Positions 55,495 to 64,000 of a DNA stretch of 64,000 nucleotides are shown in pieces. Under the pieces are notes generated by a model. It had not been told where the DNA came from, did not search any database, and worked only from the letters and a program-made list of their open reading frames with translations. Made by a program: the position numbers and the translations under genes. The stretch is from assembly GCA_029260265.1 (NCBI GenBank), contig JAJDDO010000024.1, positions 433,458 to 497,457 on the forward strand. The letters are read 5' to 3'. The DNA comes from Phycisphaerales bacterium (GTDB lineage: Bacteria > Planctomycetota > Phycisphaerae > Phycisphaerales > UBA1924). Each line of letters starts with the position of its first letter. The stretch's first letter is position 1.

Positions 55495-57027
55495 ATGACT
55501 CCAGCAACACAGGCGGCCCATTACACGGATCTTGTTTCAATGGCGCGAAAATCGTGGACCCTCGGCTCCATCGCGGCGTTGGTGAGCTGGGATCAAGAGA
55601 CCTACATGCCCGAGGGCGGCGCGGCGGCGAGGGCCGAGCAATCCTCGCTGATCGCACGCCTGGCGCATGAAGAGCACACACACGATCGGCGTGGAGAGTT
55701 GATCGCAGAGTGCGAGGGTGATGCAGAGCTGATGCAGGATGGAACCGAGACCGCGGCATGTGTGCGAGAGATGCGCCGTGATTATGATCTTGCGACCAAG
55801 CTGCCGTCTGATCTGGTCGCTGCGCTCGCCAAGGCACAGAGCGAGACGCAAGAAATCTGGAAGCATGCAAGAGAGAAAGACGATTTCAAGTCGTTCGCGC
55901 CCGCTCTGGAGAATGTGCTCAGCCTGACACGCGAAAAAGCGCAGTGCTACGGCGTGCCGGCGGGCGGCGAGTTGTACGACGCGTTGCTCAACGAATACGA
56001 ACCGGGCGCGACCGCCAAGGAGATCGAGGCGGTATTCACGCCGCTCGGTGAGCGATTGAGTGCGTTGATCGCGGATATTACCGCCAATGGGACACCGCCG
56101 GCGATTGACTTTTTGTACCGTTCGATCCCGACGGAAAAGCAGCACGCGTTTGGGAGAACCGTGACCGCGGCGTTCGGGTTTGACTACAACAAGGGACGGC
56201 TGGACACCACCACGCACCCGTTCTGCTCTGGGTTTGGTGCGGGCGATACGCGGATGACGACGCGATACTCGGAGACAAACTTCCCGGATGCGATCGGGTC
56301 AACGATGCACGAGTGCGGGCATGGTTTGTACGAGCAGGGGCTGCCCAAGGAAGGCGAGCACTGCGGCACCCCATTGGCCGAGGCGGTGTCGCTCGGCATC
56401 CATGAATCGCAGTCACGCATGTGGGAGAACATGGTCGGCAGGAGCCGGGCGTTCTGGTCATGGGCGTTGCCCGAGGCGAAGAAAACATTCGGCACCGTGA
56501 TCGACGATGTTGATCTCGACATGATGGTCAAAGGCATGAACACCTGCACGCCGAGCTTTATTCGTGTGGAATCCGACGAGCCGACCTACAACCTGCATGT
56601 GATGCTGCGGTTCGGCATCGAGCGTGCACTGATGAGCGGCGATCTCTCGGTGAATGATCTGCCGGATGCATGGAACGCGCGGTTCAAGGAACTGCTCGGG
56701 CTCGATGTGCCCAATGATGCCCAGGGATGCATGCAGGATGTGCACTGGAGCTTTGGCTTGGTCGGGTATTTCCCGACTTACACGCTCGGCAACCTGTACG
56801 CCGCCCAGTTCTGGGAGACGATCAACGAGCAGATCCCGGACCTCGACGAGCAGATCGCCCGCGGCGATTTCGCGTCGCTGCTGGCGTGGTGCAGAACCAA
56901 CATCCACCAGCACGGTCGGCGGTACAGTGCGAGCGAGTTGTGCATGCGCGCGACGGGCAAGGAACTGAGCGCCGATCCACTGCTGCGGCATCTCGAATCG
57001 CGCGTGAAGCCGGCGTATGGGATGTGA
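55495..57027 (+). CDS. Carboxypeptidase, family M32 (Taq-type)
   Basis: HPF (TTHPFCSGF), DxRxT (GDTRMTTRY), HExxH (MHECGHGLYEQG), HESQS, IRVESDE and GCMQDVHWS are all M32 signature blocks. Confidence 0.9.
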   Translation: MTPATQAAHYTDLVSMARKSWTLGSIAALVSWDQETYMPEGGAAARAEQSSLIARLAHEEHTHDRRGELIAECEGDAELMQDGTETAACVREMRRDYDLATKLPSDLVAALAKAQSETQEIWKHAREKDDFKSFAPALENVLSLTREKAQCYGVPAGGELYDALLNEYEPGATAKEIEAVFTPLGERLSALIADITANGTPPAIDFLYRSIPTEKQHAFGRTVTAAFGFDYNKGRLDTTTHPFCSGFGAGDTRMTTRYSETNFPDAIGSTMHECGHGLYEQGLPKEGEHCGTPLAEAVSLGIHESQSRMWENMVGRSRAFWSWALPEAKKTFGTVIDDVDLDMMVKGMNTCTPSFIRVESDEPTYNLHVMLRFGIERALMSGDLSVNDLPDAWNARFKELLGLDVPNDAQGCMQDVHWSFGLVGYFPTYTLGNLYAAQFWETINEQIPDLDEQIARGDFASLLAWCRTNIHQHGRRYSASELCMRATGKELSADPLLRHLESRVKPAYGM

Positions 57028-57057
57028 GCAAACCGTCAGGAAAAGAGGATAATTGTC

Positions 57058-57393
57058 ATGTTTGAAGCAGGTCTCGTCACTCCAAAGCATCTTAGTTATG
57101 CGCAGGCTGAATGGATTCATCAGCATGCAGTGCGATTGGTTCGAAAGTGCCCGGATCAAGCGTTGAGAATGATTCGTGCCTCCTTAGCAGATCTGTATGA
57201 ACAGACAACCCCGGACTCCATATCGAGCGAGATTGTATTGCTGAGAGGAAGCGTGGTTCAAAAAGAGCTTGAGAAACGCGAGAGTAAATCAAACAAAACA
57301 AAGAATATTATGAGTTCGATATTTGGTGACGGTGGTGCGGTTGCTGGAAGAGTATTGTGCTCTCTCAAACTCCCGGTGGGTTTTCCAAAGTAA
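57058..57393 (+). CDS. Low-GC orphan hypothetical protein
   Basis: 111 aa with an AAGAGGA RBS 9 nt upstream. Sampled lines give 42-53% GC. No motif recognised. Confidence 0.5.
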   Translation: MFEAGLVTPKHLSYAQAEWIHQHAVRLVRKCPDQALRMIRASLADLYEQTTPDSISSEIVLLRGSVVQKELEKRESKSNKTKNIMSSIFGDGGAVAGRVLCSLKLPVGFPK

Positions 57394-57436
57394 TGTAAAA
57401 TTGCGCGAGGTTCCAACCGGGTGCCCTGTTGATGCG

Positions 57437-57531
57437 CCGGGTGCCCTGCTTACGCGAAGCTTAAGCAGGATTTGGATGCATGAAGAGATGCTTAAACCCT
57501 GACTTCGTCAGGGCGTAAGCATGGCACCCGG
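57437..57531. repeat. Compound inverted repeat (19-nt arms, one mismatch) enclosing a second hairpin; contains the CCGGGTGCCCTG motif
   Basis: CCGGGTGCCCTGCTTACGC (57437-57455) versus GCGTAAGCATGGCACCCGG (57513-57531). The inner hairpin is CCCTGA-cttcg-TCAGGG (57497-57513). A further direct copy of CCGGGTGCCCTG lies at 57417-57428. The structure sits between convergent genes. Confidence 0.8.
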
Positions 57532-57542
57532 AATGGTCCAAC

Positions 57543-58787
57543 TCAGAGTTCGGTTTGTAATGCGGTCGCAAGCTTCTCAAAGTCCTCGGTTGTGTTGTAC
57601 AACTGGGCGCTGATGCGCATCACGCGGGGGTGGATGGTGGGCAGTTCCCAGATGGGGACCTGGATGTGGTGGTTGAGGTAGACGCGGTCCCAGAGTGAAT
57701 CGTCGTAGATCTCGCCTTTGGTTGGCGTCCCCGGCAGCGGGATGGCGACCATCGCGCCGATCATGGATTCAGGCACGGCTTGCTCGATGCCGATTGCCTC
57801 GCAAATCAGATTCGCGCCCTCAACGATCAGATCGTGGTTGCGTTGTCGGAGCGCGGGCCACCCGCCGGGGAGTTGCGCACCCATGTGGGCGATCGAGACC
57901 GGGATCGAGAGGTTGGCCGAGTAGTCGTTGGTGCCCATGTAGTCAAAGTCGCAGAGGTAGGGCTTACGCTCGGTGCGTTTTTCGTGCACTCGACACGAGA
58001 GCGCGATCGGCTCGAACCCGCTCTGGCGATCGGGCGAGGTGTAGATGAACCCCGTGCCCTTGGGCGTGGCGAGCCATTTATGGCAGCTCGCGGCGTACCA
58101 GGTCGGGCGGAGCTTGCCCAGATCGAGATCGATCTGCCCGGGGACATGCGCGCCATCGACGAAGATATCGATGCCTCGGGCTTGGACGAGAGGCACGATT
58201 TCTTCGACGGGGAAGATCAATGCCGACGCGCTGGCGATGTGGGAGATGAGCACGAGCTTGGTTTTGCTCGTGATCGCGCCCATGACGGATTTGGTGACGC
58301 TATCAGGCGTGACATTCGGGAAGGGGACCTTGGCGGTGACGACGATGGCGCCTGTTTGTGCGCACACGCGGGCGAGTTCGTTGACGGTGGCCATGTATTC
58401 GTGGTCGGTGACCACGATCTCATCACCGGGTTCGAGATCGAGGTTCTGCAGCACGGTGCAGACGGCGACGGTGGCGTTGGACACCAACGCGATATCCTCG
58501 GCGGGCGCATTGACGAATGACGAGAGCGCCTTGCGGGTGTCGTCGGAGTAGTGCTCGAGGTCGGATTTGAAAAACCGGACGGGGTCGAGCTCGAGTCGGC
58601 GTTGGAGTTCGCGATGGGCAGCGAGGACGACGGCGGGGGCTGCGCCGTACGAGCCGTTGTTGAGCTGGGTGAGCCCGGGCTGGATGGGGAACTCGGCTTG
58701 TTCGTTGATGCGATCGGCGACGAAGTCAACGATGGGCGTGGGGCGGGAGGCGGAGATGGTCGGGGCGGTCTGGGTCATGGTGGTCAT
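57543..58787 (-). CDS. Class-V aminotransferase-fold PLP enzyme (isopenicillin-N-epimerase / cysteine-desulfurase-like), copy A
   Basis: 414 aa. LNNGSYGAAP, DGAHVPGQ and the PLP-lysine context ASCHKWLATPKGTGF. Confidence 0.8.
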   Translation of the reverse strand: MTTMTQTAPTISASRPTPIVDFVADRINEQAEFPIQPGLTQLNNGSYGAAPAVVLAAHRELQRRLELDPVRFFKSDLEHYSDDTRKALSSFVNAPAEDIALVSNATVAVCTVLQNLDLEPGDEIVVTDHEYMATVNELARVCAQTGAIVVTAKVPFPNVTPDSVTKSVMGAITSKTKLVLISHIASASALIFPVEEIVPLVQARGIDIFVDGAHVPGQIDLDLGKLRPTWYAASCHKWLATPKGTGFIYTSPDRQSGFEPIALSCRVHEKRTERKPYLCDFDYMGTNDYSANLSIPVSIAHMGAQLPGGWPALRQRNHDLIVEGANLICEAIGIEQAVPESMIGAMVAIPLPGTPTKGEIYDDSLWDRVYLNHHIQVPIWELPTIHPRVMRISAQLYNTTEDFEKLATALQTEL

Positions 58788-59027
58788 CGGTGCTCTGGTC
58801 TCATGGCGGTGGTCGATGAAATCGTCGGTTCGAACGACGATATCAGTGTATCGGGGGTTGGCGGCTGAATGCGAGAATGGATAACGGGCGGACGCAAAGA
58901 ATTTGAGAGGAAATCAGGGCGTTGTGTAATAAAATGAGTTAAGCGATAAAATCGCAAGTACTTATTTTCTGTAAATTTTCATTCTTATTGCTTGTGTGCT
59001 GATATCTAGTCCGCTAGTTTTAGTCTA

Positions 59028-59056
59028 GCCCATCAGCCCATCAGCCCATCAGCCCC
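59028..59056. repeat. Octamer tandem repeat (GCCCATCA x3 plus partial)
   Basis: Read directly from the sequence, 40 nt upstream of the Gly-rich gene start. It follows a roughly 110-nt AT-rich tract (58920-59025). Confidence 0.9.
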
Positions 59057-59095
59057 GATGGACGGCAAGGTGGAGACTCCGAAGCGAGTGTATCC

Positions 59096-60928
59096 GTGAT
59101 GCCAAAGTTGACCATTCTTGTCTTTGCTTTGATGGTGGCGCTGGGTGTTGTGGCATCAGATGTCTATTCGGATTACCCGCCGGACTACCCATTTGGACAG
59201 AACGGGACTCCAGATCATCCGAATGGGTACGACGGGTATCCGGGCGATCATCAAGGCAATCCGCACGCACCACACGGAGGCCCGGGAGGCAATGGGTACG
59301 GCATCGGCAACGGCGGGCACGGGGGCCCGGGCGGAAGCGGTGGGCAACTCGGTGGTGATGGTGGGCATGGGGGCAATGGTGGCAACCAAGGCGGAAATGG
59401 TGGGCGCGGTGGTGATTCGGGGAATGGTACCCTAATAGGCGGCGACGGCGGTTCTGGCGGTTCGGGCGGCCCAGGTGCCGGCGGGCAGAACGGGGGGAGC
59501 GGTGGCGATGGGGGCACTGGCGGGAACTTCGGCGGGTCCAGTGGCGATGGTGGTGACGGCGGTTCTGGCGGCCCGAACGGTGGTCGTGGCGGAAATGGTG
59601 GTCACGGTGGGTCTGGCGGGCCGGATGGTGGATCATGCGGCGACGGTGGAGATGGTGCACCTGGCAATGGTGGTGGGGCCGGTGGTGATGGTGGTGACGG
59701 TGGAGGTGGACCCAATCACATCGGGGGCGATGGCGGTGAAGGTGGAGCCGGGGGTATTGATGGTGGACCTGGTGGCGATGGTGGTGACGGTGGAGGTGGC
59801 GGCACATTGCGTGGCGGTGATGGCGGTGACGGCGGTACGGGTGGGGGTGAACAAGGGAACGCTGGTGATGGCGGCGACGGGGGCGCAGGTTCGACCCAAG
59901 CGGGTGATGGAGGAGAGGGCGGAAACGCCGGCGCCAATGGATGCGGCGGCGATGGTGGCAACGGTGGGCTAGGCGTGGGTGCGCCGGCCACTGGGCATGC
60001 TGGGGATGGCGGCAATGGAGGAAATGGTGGCGGATGCGGCGGTGACGGGGGTGAAGGCGGGCTCGGTTCGGAGACCGGTGGTGATGGTGGCGAAGGAGGC
60101 AACGCCAACGCCAACGGTGCGGGGTGTGCTGGTGATGGAGGAGATGGAGGCGACGCCACGAGGCCGAACGGCCAGGCGGGGAATGGTGGAAACGGGGGGA
60201 ATGGGCCGTGCGAAGGTCAAGGTGGTGACGGCGGAACGCGTGATGGATGGGGAGGGGAGGGGTCGGATGGCAAGGATGGTCGACGGATCAGTGTCGTCAC
60301 TGGGCTCGGAACGGTTTTCTGGGTCCATGAGCAGTTGGCGACTGCCATGGTCCTGCGTGCTCCGATTGACCCGGATGTAGTCGCGGTGGAGTGGGAGAAC
60401 AATGTCCCACTCGGACTGATTGATTGGAATGCGTACCAGATCGAGAACCCGGCGGGTATCAATGGGCCTGCGGTCGTCCGAGGCGTGCTCAATCCGGTGA
60501 GCCTCGACGAGAAACGAGTCGGGTTCCTGATCGAGTTCCAGATTACAGGCGAGAACCCGGTGATGAGTTTCGGATTCGAGAATCATCAGGTCTACACCAT
60601 CGCGGATGCAACGCCGATGGGGGATGGGTGGGTAAGGTTGAATGTGTTCGCTGCCCGGCTGGACGGATCGGCATTCGGAAACGGGCTCGACTCATTCGAG
60701 TACACCGGGCGGGATATCCAGGCTCGCAAGTTCCGGTTCATGCCTGCGGGCAAGATCGGGGATGTCAATCTTGACGGAGCCGTAGACATCGATGATTTGC
60801 TGCTCGTGGCGAACAATCAGGGGCTCGTGGGCTCCATCGGGGTCGAGGACGGCGATGCAAACACGGACGGCGTGGTGGACCTGTCCGATGTTCAAGTGGT
60901 CGTAGAAGATCTCCTGACTGAAAACTGA
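59096..60928 (+). CDS. Secreted poly-glycine-repeat (PGRS-like GGxGG) protein with C-terminal beta-rich domain and two dockerin-type Ca-binding repeats
   Basis: 610 aa. Signal peptide [20 protein letters not shown]. About 340 aa is almost purely G/D/N/S/A/E with recurring GGDGG(D/N/E/T)GG. The C-terminus carries [17 protein letters not shown] and [17 protein letters not shown]. Confidence 0.8.
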   Translation: MMPKLTILVFALMVALGVVASDVYSDYPPDYPFGQNGTPDHPNGYDGYPGDHQGNPHAPHGGPGGNGYGIGNGGHGGPGGSGGQLGGDGGHGGNGGNQGGNGGRGGDSGNGTLIGGDGGSGGSGGPGAGGQNGGSGGDGGTGGNFGGSSGDGGDGGSGGPNGGRGGNGGHGGSGGPDGGSCGDGGDGAPGNGGGAGGDGGDGGGGPNHIGGDGGEGGAGGIDGGPGGDGGDGGGGGTLRGGDGGDGGTGGGEQGNAGDGGDGGAGSTQAGDGGEGGNAGANGCGGDGGNGGLGVGAPATGHAGDGGNGGNGGGCGGDGGEGGLGSETGGDGGEGGNANANGAGCAGDGGDGGDATRPNGQAGNGGNGGNGPCEGQGGDGGTRDGWGGEGSDGKDGRRISVVTGLGTVFWVHEQLATAMVLRAPIDPDVVAVEWENNVPLGLIDWNAYQIENPAGINGPAVVRGVLNPVSLDEKRVGFLIEFQITGENPVMSFGFENHQVYTIADATPMGDGWVRLNVFAARLDGSAFGNGLDSFEYTGRDIQARKFRFMPAGKIGDVNLDGAVDIDDLLLVANNQGLVGSIGVEDGDANTDGVVDLSDVQVVVEDLLTEN

Positions 60929-61094
60929 TCGGGCATCTTCATGCAGCAAGTCTCGGGATGCCTGCGCGAGCGATGGTCGCTGGATTGTGATCGGCAGCGC
61001 ATTGATCTATTTGATAACCTAGGGCGTGGGATTGAGATTCGCTCAATCAAGGCTTTCATTTTGCAATGCTGGGCGATGAACGCATTGAATCTGT

Positions 61095-62297
61095 TCAGGA
61101 GTTCAGTTCGGCGCTGAGTGCTTCGGCGAGGTAGTGATACTGATCCGTGGAGTTGTAGATCTGCGGGCTGATGCGGATAGAGGTGCCCACGGGTGTGGAC
61201 CAGACGGGGATCTGGATGTTCCAGTTGTCCATCAGGGCAGCCTTGAGGGCTCGTGCGTCGGGCGAACCTGGGGGGAGGGTGATTGTTGCGATCGGGCCGA
61301 GCATGGAATCTGGGCATGGCGGGCGGACACCCAGGGACTCGCAAAGCATCTTGCGTGCCTGGATGCACAGGGCATGGTTGTGTTCCATGATGGCGTGGAT
61401 GCCGCCGGGGTAGATGGTGTTCAGCGCCTGGATTGCATCGGCGATGGTCATGCGCCCGGTTGCCTCGTCGGTGCCCGCGTAATCGAACTCGTGGTTGAAC
61501 GGCGAGCGATTTGTGCGTTGGCTCGCGGTCTCGATCTGCTCGGCGTCGTTGGAGAGCACGAGGGGGTGAAAGCCATGTTGGAGATCTCGGCGGACATGCA
61601 GGAAGGCGGTGCCTTTGGGCGCGCAGAGCCATTTATGGCAGTTGCCGGTGGTGTAGGCCGCGTTGAGATCGGTGAGATCCATCGGCACGCAGCCTGGGCC
61701 GTGGGCCGCATCGAGGAGGATGTCGATGCCGCGTTGGTTGAGCGCATCGATGATCCGCTTGGCGGGCAGCAGCAAGCCGGTTGCGCTGGTGATGAGCGAG
61801 AACATGACGAGCTTTGTTCGCTCGTTGACTTGTGAGAGGATGGCATCGAATGCTTGTTCTTCTGACTCGATCGGCCAGGGGATCTCCGCGGTGCGGACAG
61901 TTCCGCCGCGTTGGTGGGCGTGGCGGCGGACATTGTTGGCGCAGGCGGGGTATTCAAGGTTGGTGATGAGGATCTCGTCGCCGAGTGTTGTGCGGAGGTT
62001 GTTCAAGATGGTTGCTACGCCGGTGGTGGCGTTGGCGACAAAGACCAGATCGGCGGGCTCGCAGTTGATCAGCGGTGCGAGCGCATTGCGTGAGTGATCC
62101 ATCATCGGCCAGAGGTCGTCCACATAGAACTTCACCGCGTCGCGTTCTACACGAGCCCGGTGGGTGTTCTGTGCATCGAGGACCTGCCTTGGGCACGCAC
62201 CGAACGAGCCGTGGTTGAGGTACACGGTGTTCGGATCGATGGTGAAGTGGGCAGCGTACTGGGAAGGCTGCGGGAGGGCTGGAGTCTGGTTGGTCAT
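61095..62297 (-). CDS. Class-V aminotransferase-fold PLP enzyme, copy B (paralog of 57543-58787)
   Basis: 400 aa. LNHGSFGACP, DAAHGPG, GNCHKWLCAPKGTAF. Collinear with copy A along its whole length, roughly one third identical by eye. Confidence 0.8.
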   Translation of the reverse strand: MTNQTPALPQPSQYAAHFTIDPNTVYLNHGSFGACPRQVLDAQNTHRARVERDAVKFYVDDLWPMMDHSRNALAPLINCEPADLVFVANATTGVATILNNLRTTLGDEILITNLEYPACANNVRRHAHQRGGTVRTAEIPWPIESEEQAFDAILSQVNERTKLVMFSLITSATGLLLPAKRIIDALNQRGIDILLDAAHGPGCVPMDLTDLNAAYTTGNCHKWLCAPKGTAFLHVRRDLQHGFHPLVLSNDAEQIETASQRTNRSPFNHEFDYAGTDEATGRMTIADAIQALNTIYPGGIHAIMEHNHALCIQARKMLCESLGVRPPCPDSMLGPIATITLPPGSPDARALKAALMDNWNIQIPVWSTPVGTSIRISPQIYNSTDQYHYLAEALSAELNS

Positions 62298-62318
62298 GCA
62301 CCCATTCTAGGAGAAGTG

Positions 62319-62822
62319 CTAGCCCTGGATATCGAGCGAGCGGCCGACGGCGACGCCGGTGGCGGCCTGGTTGCGATCAGCGGCGACCGGGTGCATCGAA
62401 TAGGTGCCCATCGCGGTGGGCTGGATGCTCGGGGTCTGTGCTGCAACGGCGTTGACATCGGTGGTGAGGTTGATCGGATCAACCTGCCCCGCGACGAGTG
62501 AATCGACGCGTTTGCCGACGGCAGTCCCTTGGGCAGCACCGACGGGCCCGATCTTGGCGAGCGGCGCCGAAGGGATGGGCATCATTGGACGCGGGCGTGC
62601 GGTTGGTGAGATTGCTCGCGTTCCTGCAGCCCTGGTGTACGCGTTGATCGCGTGGTTGATCGGTATTGATGCCGATTGGGTTGGGTTGGTGTTGATTCGA
62701 TCCATCGGTTTTCTCTTCAGCGGCTCTGGTGGTTCAACCACCGGGTCCGCTGCGGGGAACATCTGCCCAAGCCCATCCGTGGGCACAAGGACGATCGTAT
62801 CAGAAACAGATGTTCTGATCAC
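62319..62822 (-). CDS. Small Pro/Ala-rich hypothetical protein
   Basis: GTG start at 62822, or ATG at 62705 (MDRINTNPTQ..., preceded by GAAGAGA). Ends ...GVAVGRSLDIQG. Shares terminal motifs with ORF 22949-23245. Confidence 0.45.
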   Translation of the reverse strand: MIRTSVSDTIVLVPTDGLGQMFPAADPVVEPPEPLKRKPMDRINTNPTQSASIPINHAINAYTRAAGTRAISPTARPRPMMPIPSAPLAKIGPVGAAQGTAVGKRVDSLVAGQVDPINLTTDVNAVAAQTPSIQPTAMGTYSMHPVAADRNQAATGVAVGRSLDIQG

Positions 62823-62916
62823 GCACGATGCGGTGTATATCTATGGCGGACCTTGAGAATTTACGCGTTCGGCACGCTGATCTTGCGCTCTTGTGTGTGA
62901 TAACCAAGCCGGGCAT

Positions 62917-62950
62917 AGAAAAACCGCCCGCAGCACAGGCTGGGGCGGTG
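62917..62950 (-). terminator. Rho-independent terminator downstream of the EF-G gene
   Basis: The minus strand reads CCGCCCCAGCC-tgtgc-TGCGGGCGG followed by TTTTT, about 35 nt after the stop at 62983. Confidence 0.7.
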
Positions 62951-62982
62951 TGGATACCTTGTGAATGGAGCGGGGTCTCTGC

Positions 62983-64000
62983 TTAGTCCTCGTGATCGTG
63001 CCCTTCGAATGCCTCGATCACTTCCTTCTGGATGTGAGGCGGGGTGTTCTCATCGTGCGAGTACTCCATTGTGTAGCTGCCCGAGCCGGCGGTGATGGAT
63101 TTGAGCTCGGTCGAGAAGTTCTGCAACTCGCTCAATGGCGCCTGGGCGATGATGGTGCATCGGTTGCCGGGGAGCATGAGGGTGTCCTGGATCTGCCCGC
63201 GTTTGGTAGACAGATCGCTGGCGATGTCGCCCATGCGATCCGAAGGCACGGTGACCTCGAGATGAACGAACGGTTCGAGCAGGACCGGATTGGCCATGGT
63301 GACCGCTTGGATGAATGCCCGTTTGCCGGCGGCGATGAAGGCGATCTCCTTTGAATCCACCGCATGGAACTTGCCGTCGTAGACTTCAACCTTGACACCC
63401 GACATCGGGTACCCGGCGACAGCGCCGTGCTCGAGGGCGGCACGGACGCCCTTCTCGATCGCGGGCATATACTGGCGGGGGATCGAGCCGCCCACAGTGG
63501 CGTTGACGAACTCGAATCCGGTGTCATGATCGGCGGGGAGCGGTTCGACGCGGAGGTAGACCTCGCCGAACTGGCCCGAGCCGCCGGTCTGCTTCTTGTG
63601 ACGGTGATGCCCCTCGCCCTTGCCGGTGATGGACTCCTTGTAAGCCACCTTTGGGGGCTCGGTGCTCAGCTCGATGCCCATCTGGTCCTTGAAGCGTTCG
63701 ATCACGACGCGGAGGTGAAGCTCACCCAATCCGCGAAGAACTGTTTGCTTGGTCGCCTTGATGCGATCGAGCACCAGGCACGGGTCCTCGGCGAGCAGCT
63801 TGTGCATCGCTCCAGAAAACTTGGTTTCGTCGGCGTGGTTTTTGAGCTCGAGTGACAACCCGTACATGGGCTTGGGCAGCGGCAGCGGCTTGAGGTGAAC
63901 GGAATCCAGATCGTGCCCTTCGTGAAGGACCGCATCGAAATGGACCTCTTCGATTTTACCGATCGCGCCGATGTCGCCGGGGCCCAGGGCATCGACCTCA
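62983..64000 (-). CDS. fusA: Elongation factor G (C-terminal ~339 codons; 5' end outside window)
   Basis: I checked the frame by hand and it stays open from 63867 to the window edge (...GDIGAIGKIEEVHFDAVLHEGH...). Domains III-V show HKKQTGGSGQFGEV, GGSIPRQYMPAIEKG, DSKEIAFIAAGKRAF and LLEPFVHLEV. It could be an EF-G paralog rather than the str-operon copy. Confidence 0.85.
   Translation of the reverse strand, partial: EVDALGPGDIGAIGKIEEVHFDAVLHEGHDLDSVHLKPLPLPKPMYGLSLELKNHADETKFSGAMHKLLAEDPCLVLDRIKATKQTVLRGLGELHLRVVIERFKDQMGIELSTEPPKVAYKESITGKGEGHHRHKKQTGGSGQFGEVYLRVEPLPADHDTGFEFVNATVGGSIPRQYMPAIEKGVRAALEHGAVAGYPMSGVKVEVYDGKFHAVDSKEIAFIAAGKRAFIQAVTMANPVLLEPFVHLEVTVPSDRMGDIASDLSTKRGQIQDTLMLPGNRCTIIAQAPLSELQNFSTELKSITAGSGSYTMEYSHDENTPPHIQKEVIEAFEGHDHED

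Noticed and set aside
54301-55521. 406-aa minus-strand ORF
   Set aside because: It is antisense to the prenyltransferase-repeat gene, which has a signal peptide, an RBS and repeated QxxDGxW motifs. The antisense translation has no features.
59049-60159. His-rich (59049-59807) and Pro/Ser-rich PPSPP (59716-60159, 59251-59517) minus-strand ORFs
   Set aside because: They are mirror images of the GGN-repeat coding strand (CCN/CAC antisense codons). The plus-strand gene has a signal peptide and a well-formed dockerin C-terminus.
60941-61117. 58-aa plus-strand ORF (MQQVSGCLRERWSLDCDRQRIDLFDNLGRG...) in the spacer after the Gly-rich gene
   Set aside because: It is below the track threshold, has no RBS, and overlaps the 3' end of the convergent aminotransferase gene by 23 nt. 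No motif recognised.

Overview
The window is a 64-kb, high-GC chromosomal segment (about 60-65% GC by eye) with dense coding on both strands. The gene content points to a Planctomycetota genome, probably Phycisphaerae-like: PEP-CTERM and GC-ended dockerin-like sorting tails, secreted prenyltransferase/squalene-oxidase-repeat proteins, a DUF58/BatA-type operon, and only a three-gene remnant of the dcw cluster. This taxon call is an inference.

Most of the window is housekeeping: rpsB-tsf, ispD, lexA, dprA, queA, murE-murF-mraY, pfkA, dnaB, pdxH, rlmN, asnS, rsmE, an M32 carboxypeptidase and a partial EF-G gene.

Larger functional blocks:
- An 11-gene T2SS/type-IV-pilus-like operon at 2378-11027. 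It runs PilZ, GspE ATPase, GspF platform, five pseudopilin-type genes, a PilM-PilN fusion, a PilO-like gene and a GspB/PilP-like gene. No secretin or prepilin peptidase is in the window.
- A 7-gene, 12-kb minus-strand DUF58/BatA-type envelope operon at 28721-40768, with no adjacent MoxR ATPase.

RNA genes not visible in the ORF track are tRNA-Val(CAC) at 11069-11142 (+) and a one-piece tmRNA (ssrA) at 13491-13840 (-), with deduced tag AKPQYALAA.

Accessory or odd regions:
- A 2.3-kb integration-module remnant (Rhs fragment, RHH, Xis, tyrosine integrase) sits between the facing 3' ends of tRNA-Val and ssrA. The integrase ORF reads 166 nt antisense into ssrA.
- A low-GC orphan PD-(D/E)xK-type gene lies just 5' of ssrA, followed by a repeat-rich spacer and a possibly decayed large gene.
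- DnaB carries an SSB-like Gly-rich tail ending in an acidic ...DEMPPF tip.
- An 832-aa hydrolase / membrane / ATP-grasp-like fusion is translationally coupled to rlmN.
- A PGRS-like poly-(GGxGG) dockerin protein lies between two paralogous class-V aminotransferase genes.
- A short repeat motif occurs at two distant sites.

I saw no CRISPR array, rRNA or recognisable transposase. I could not recognise a clear multi-gene defence system. The best candidates for something new are listed as findings, and all need database and structure searches that I could not run.
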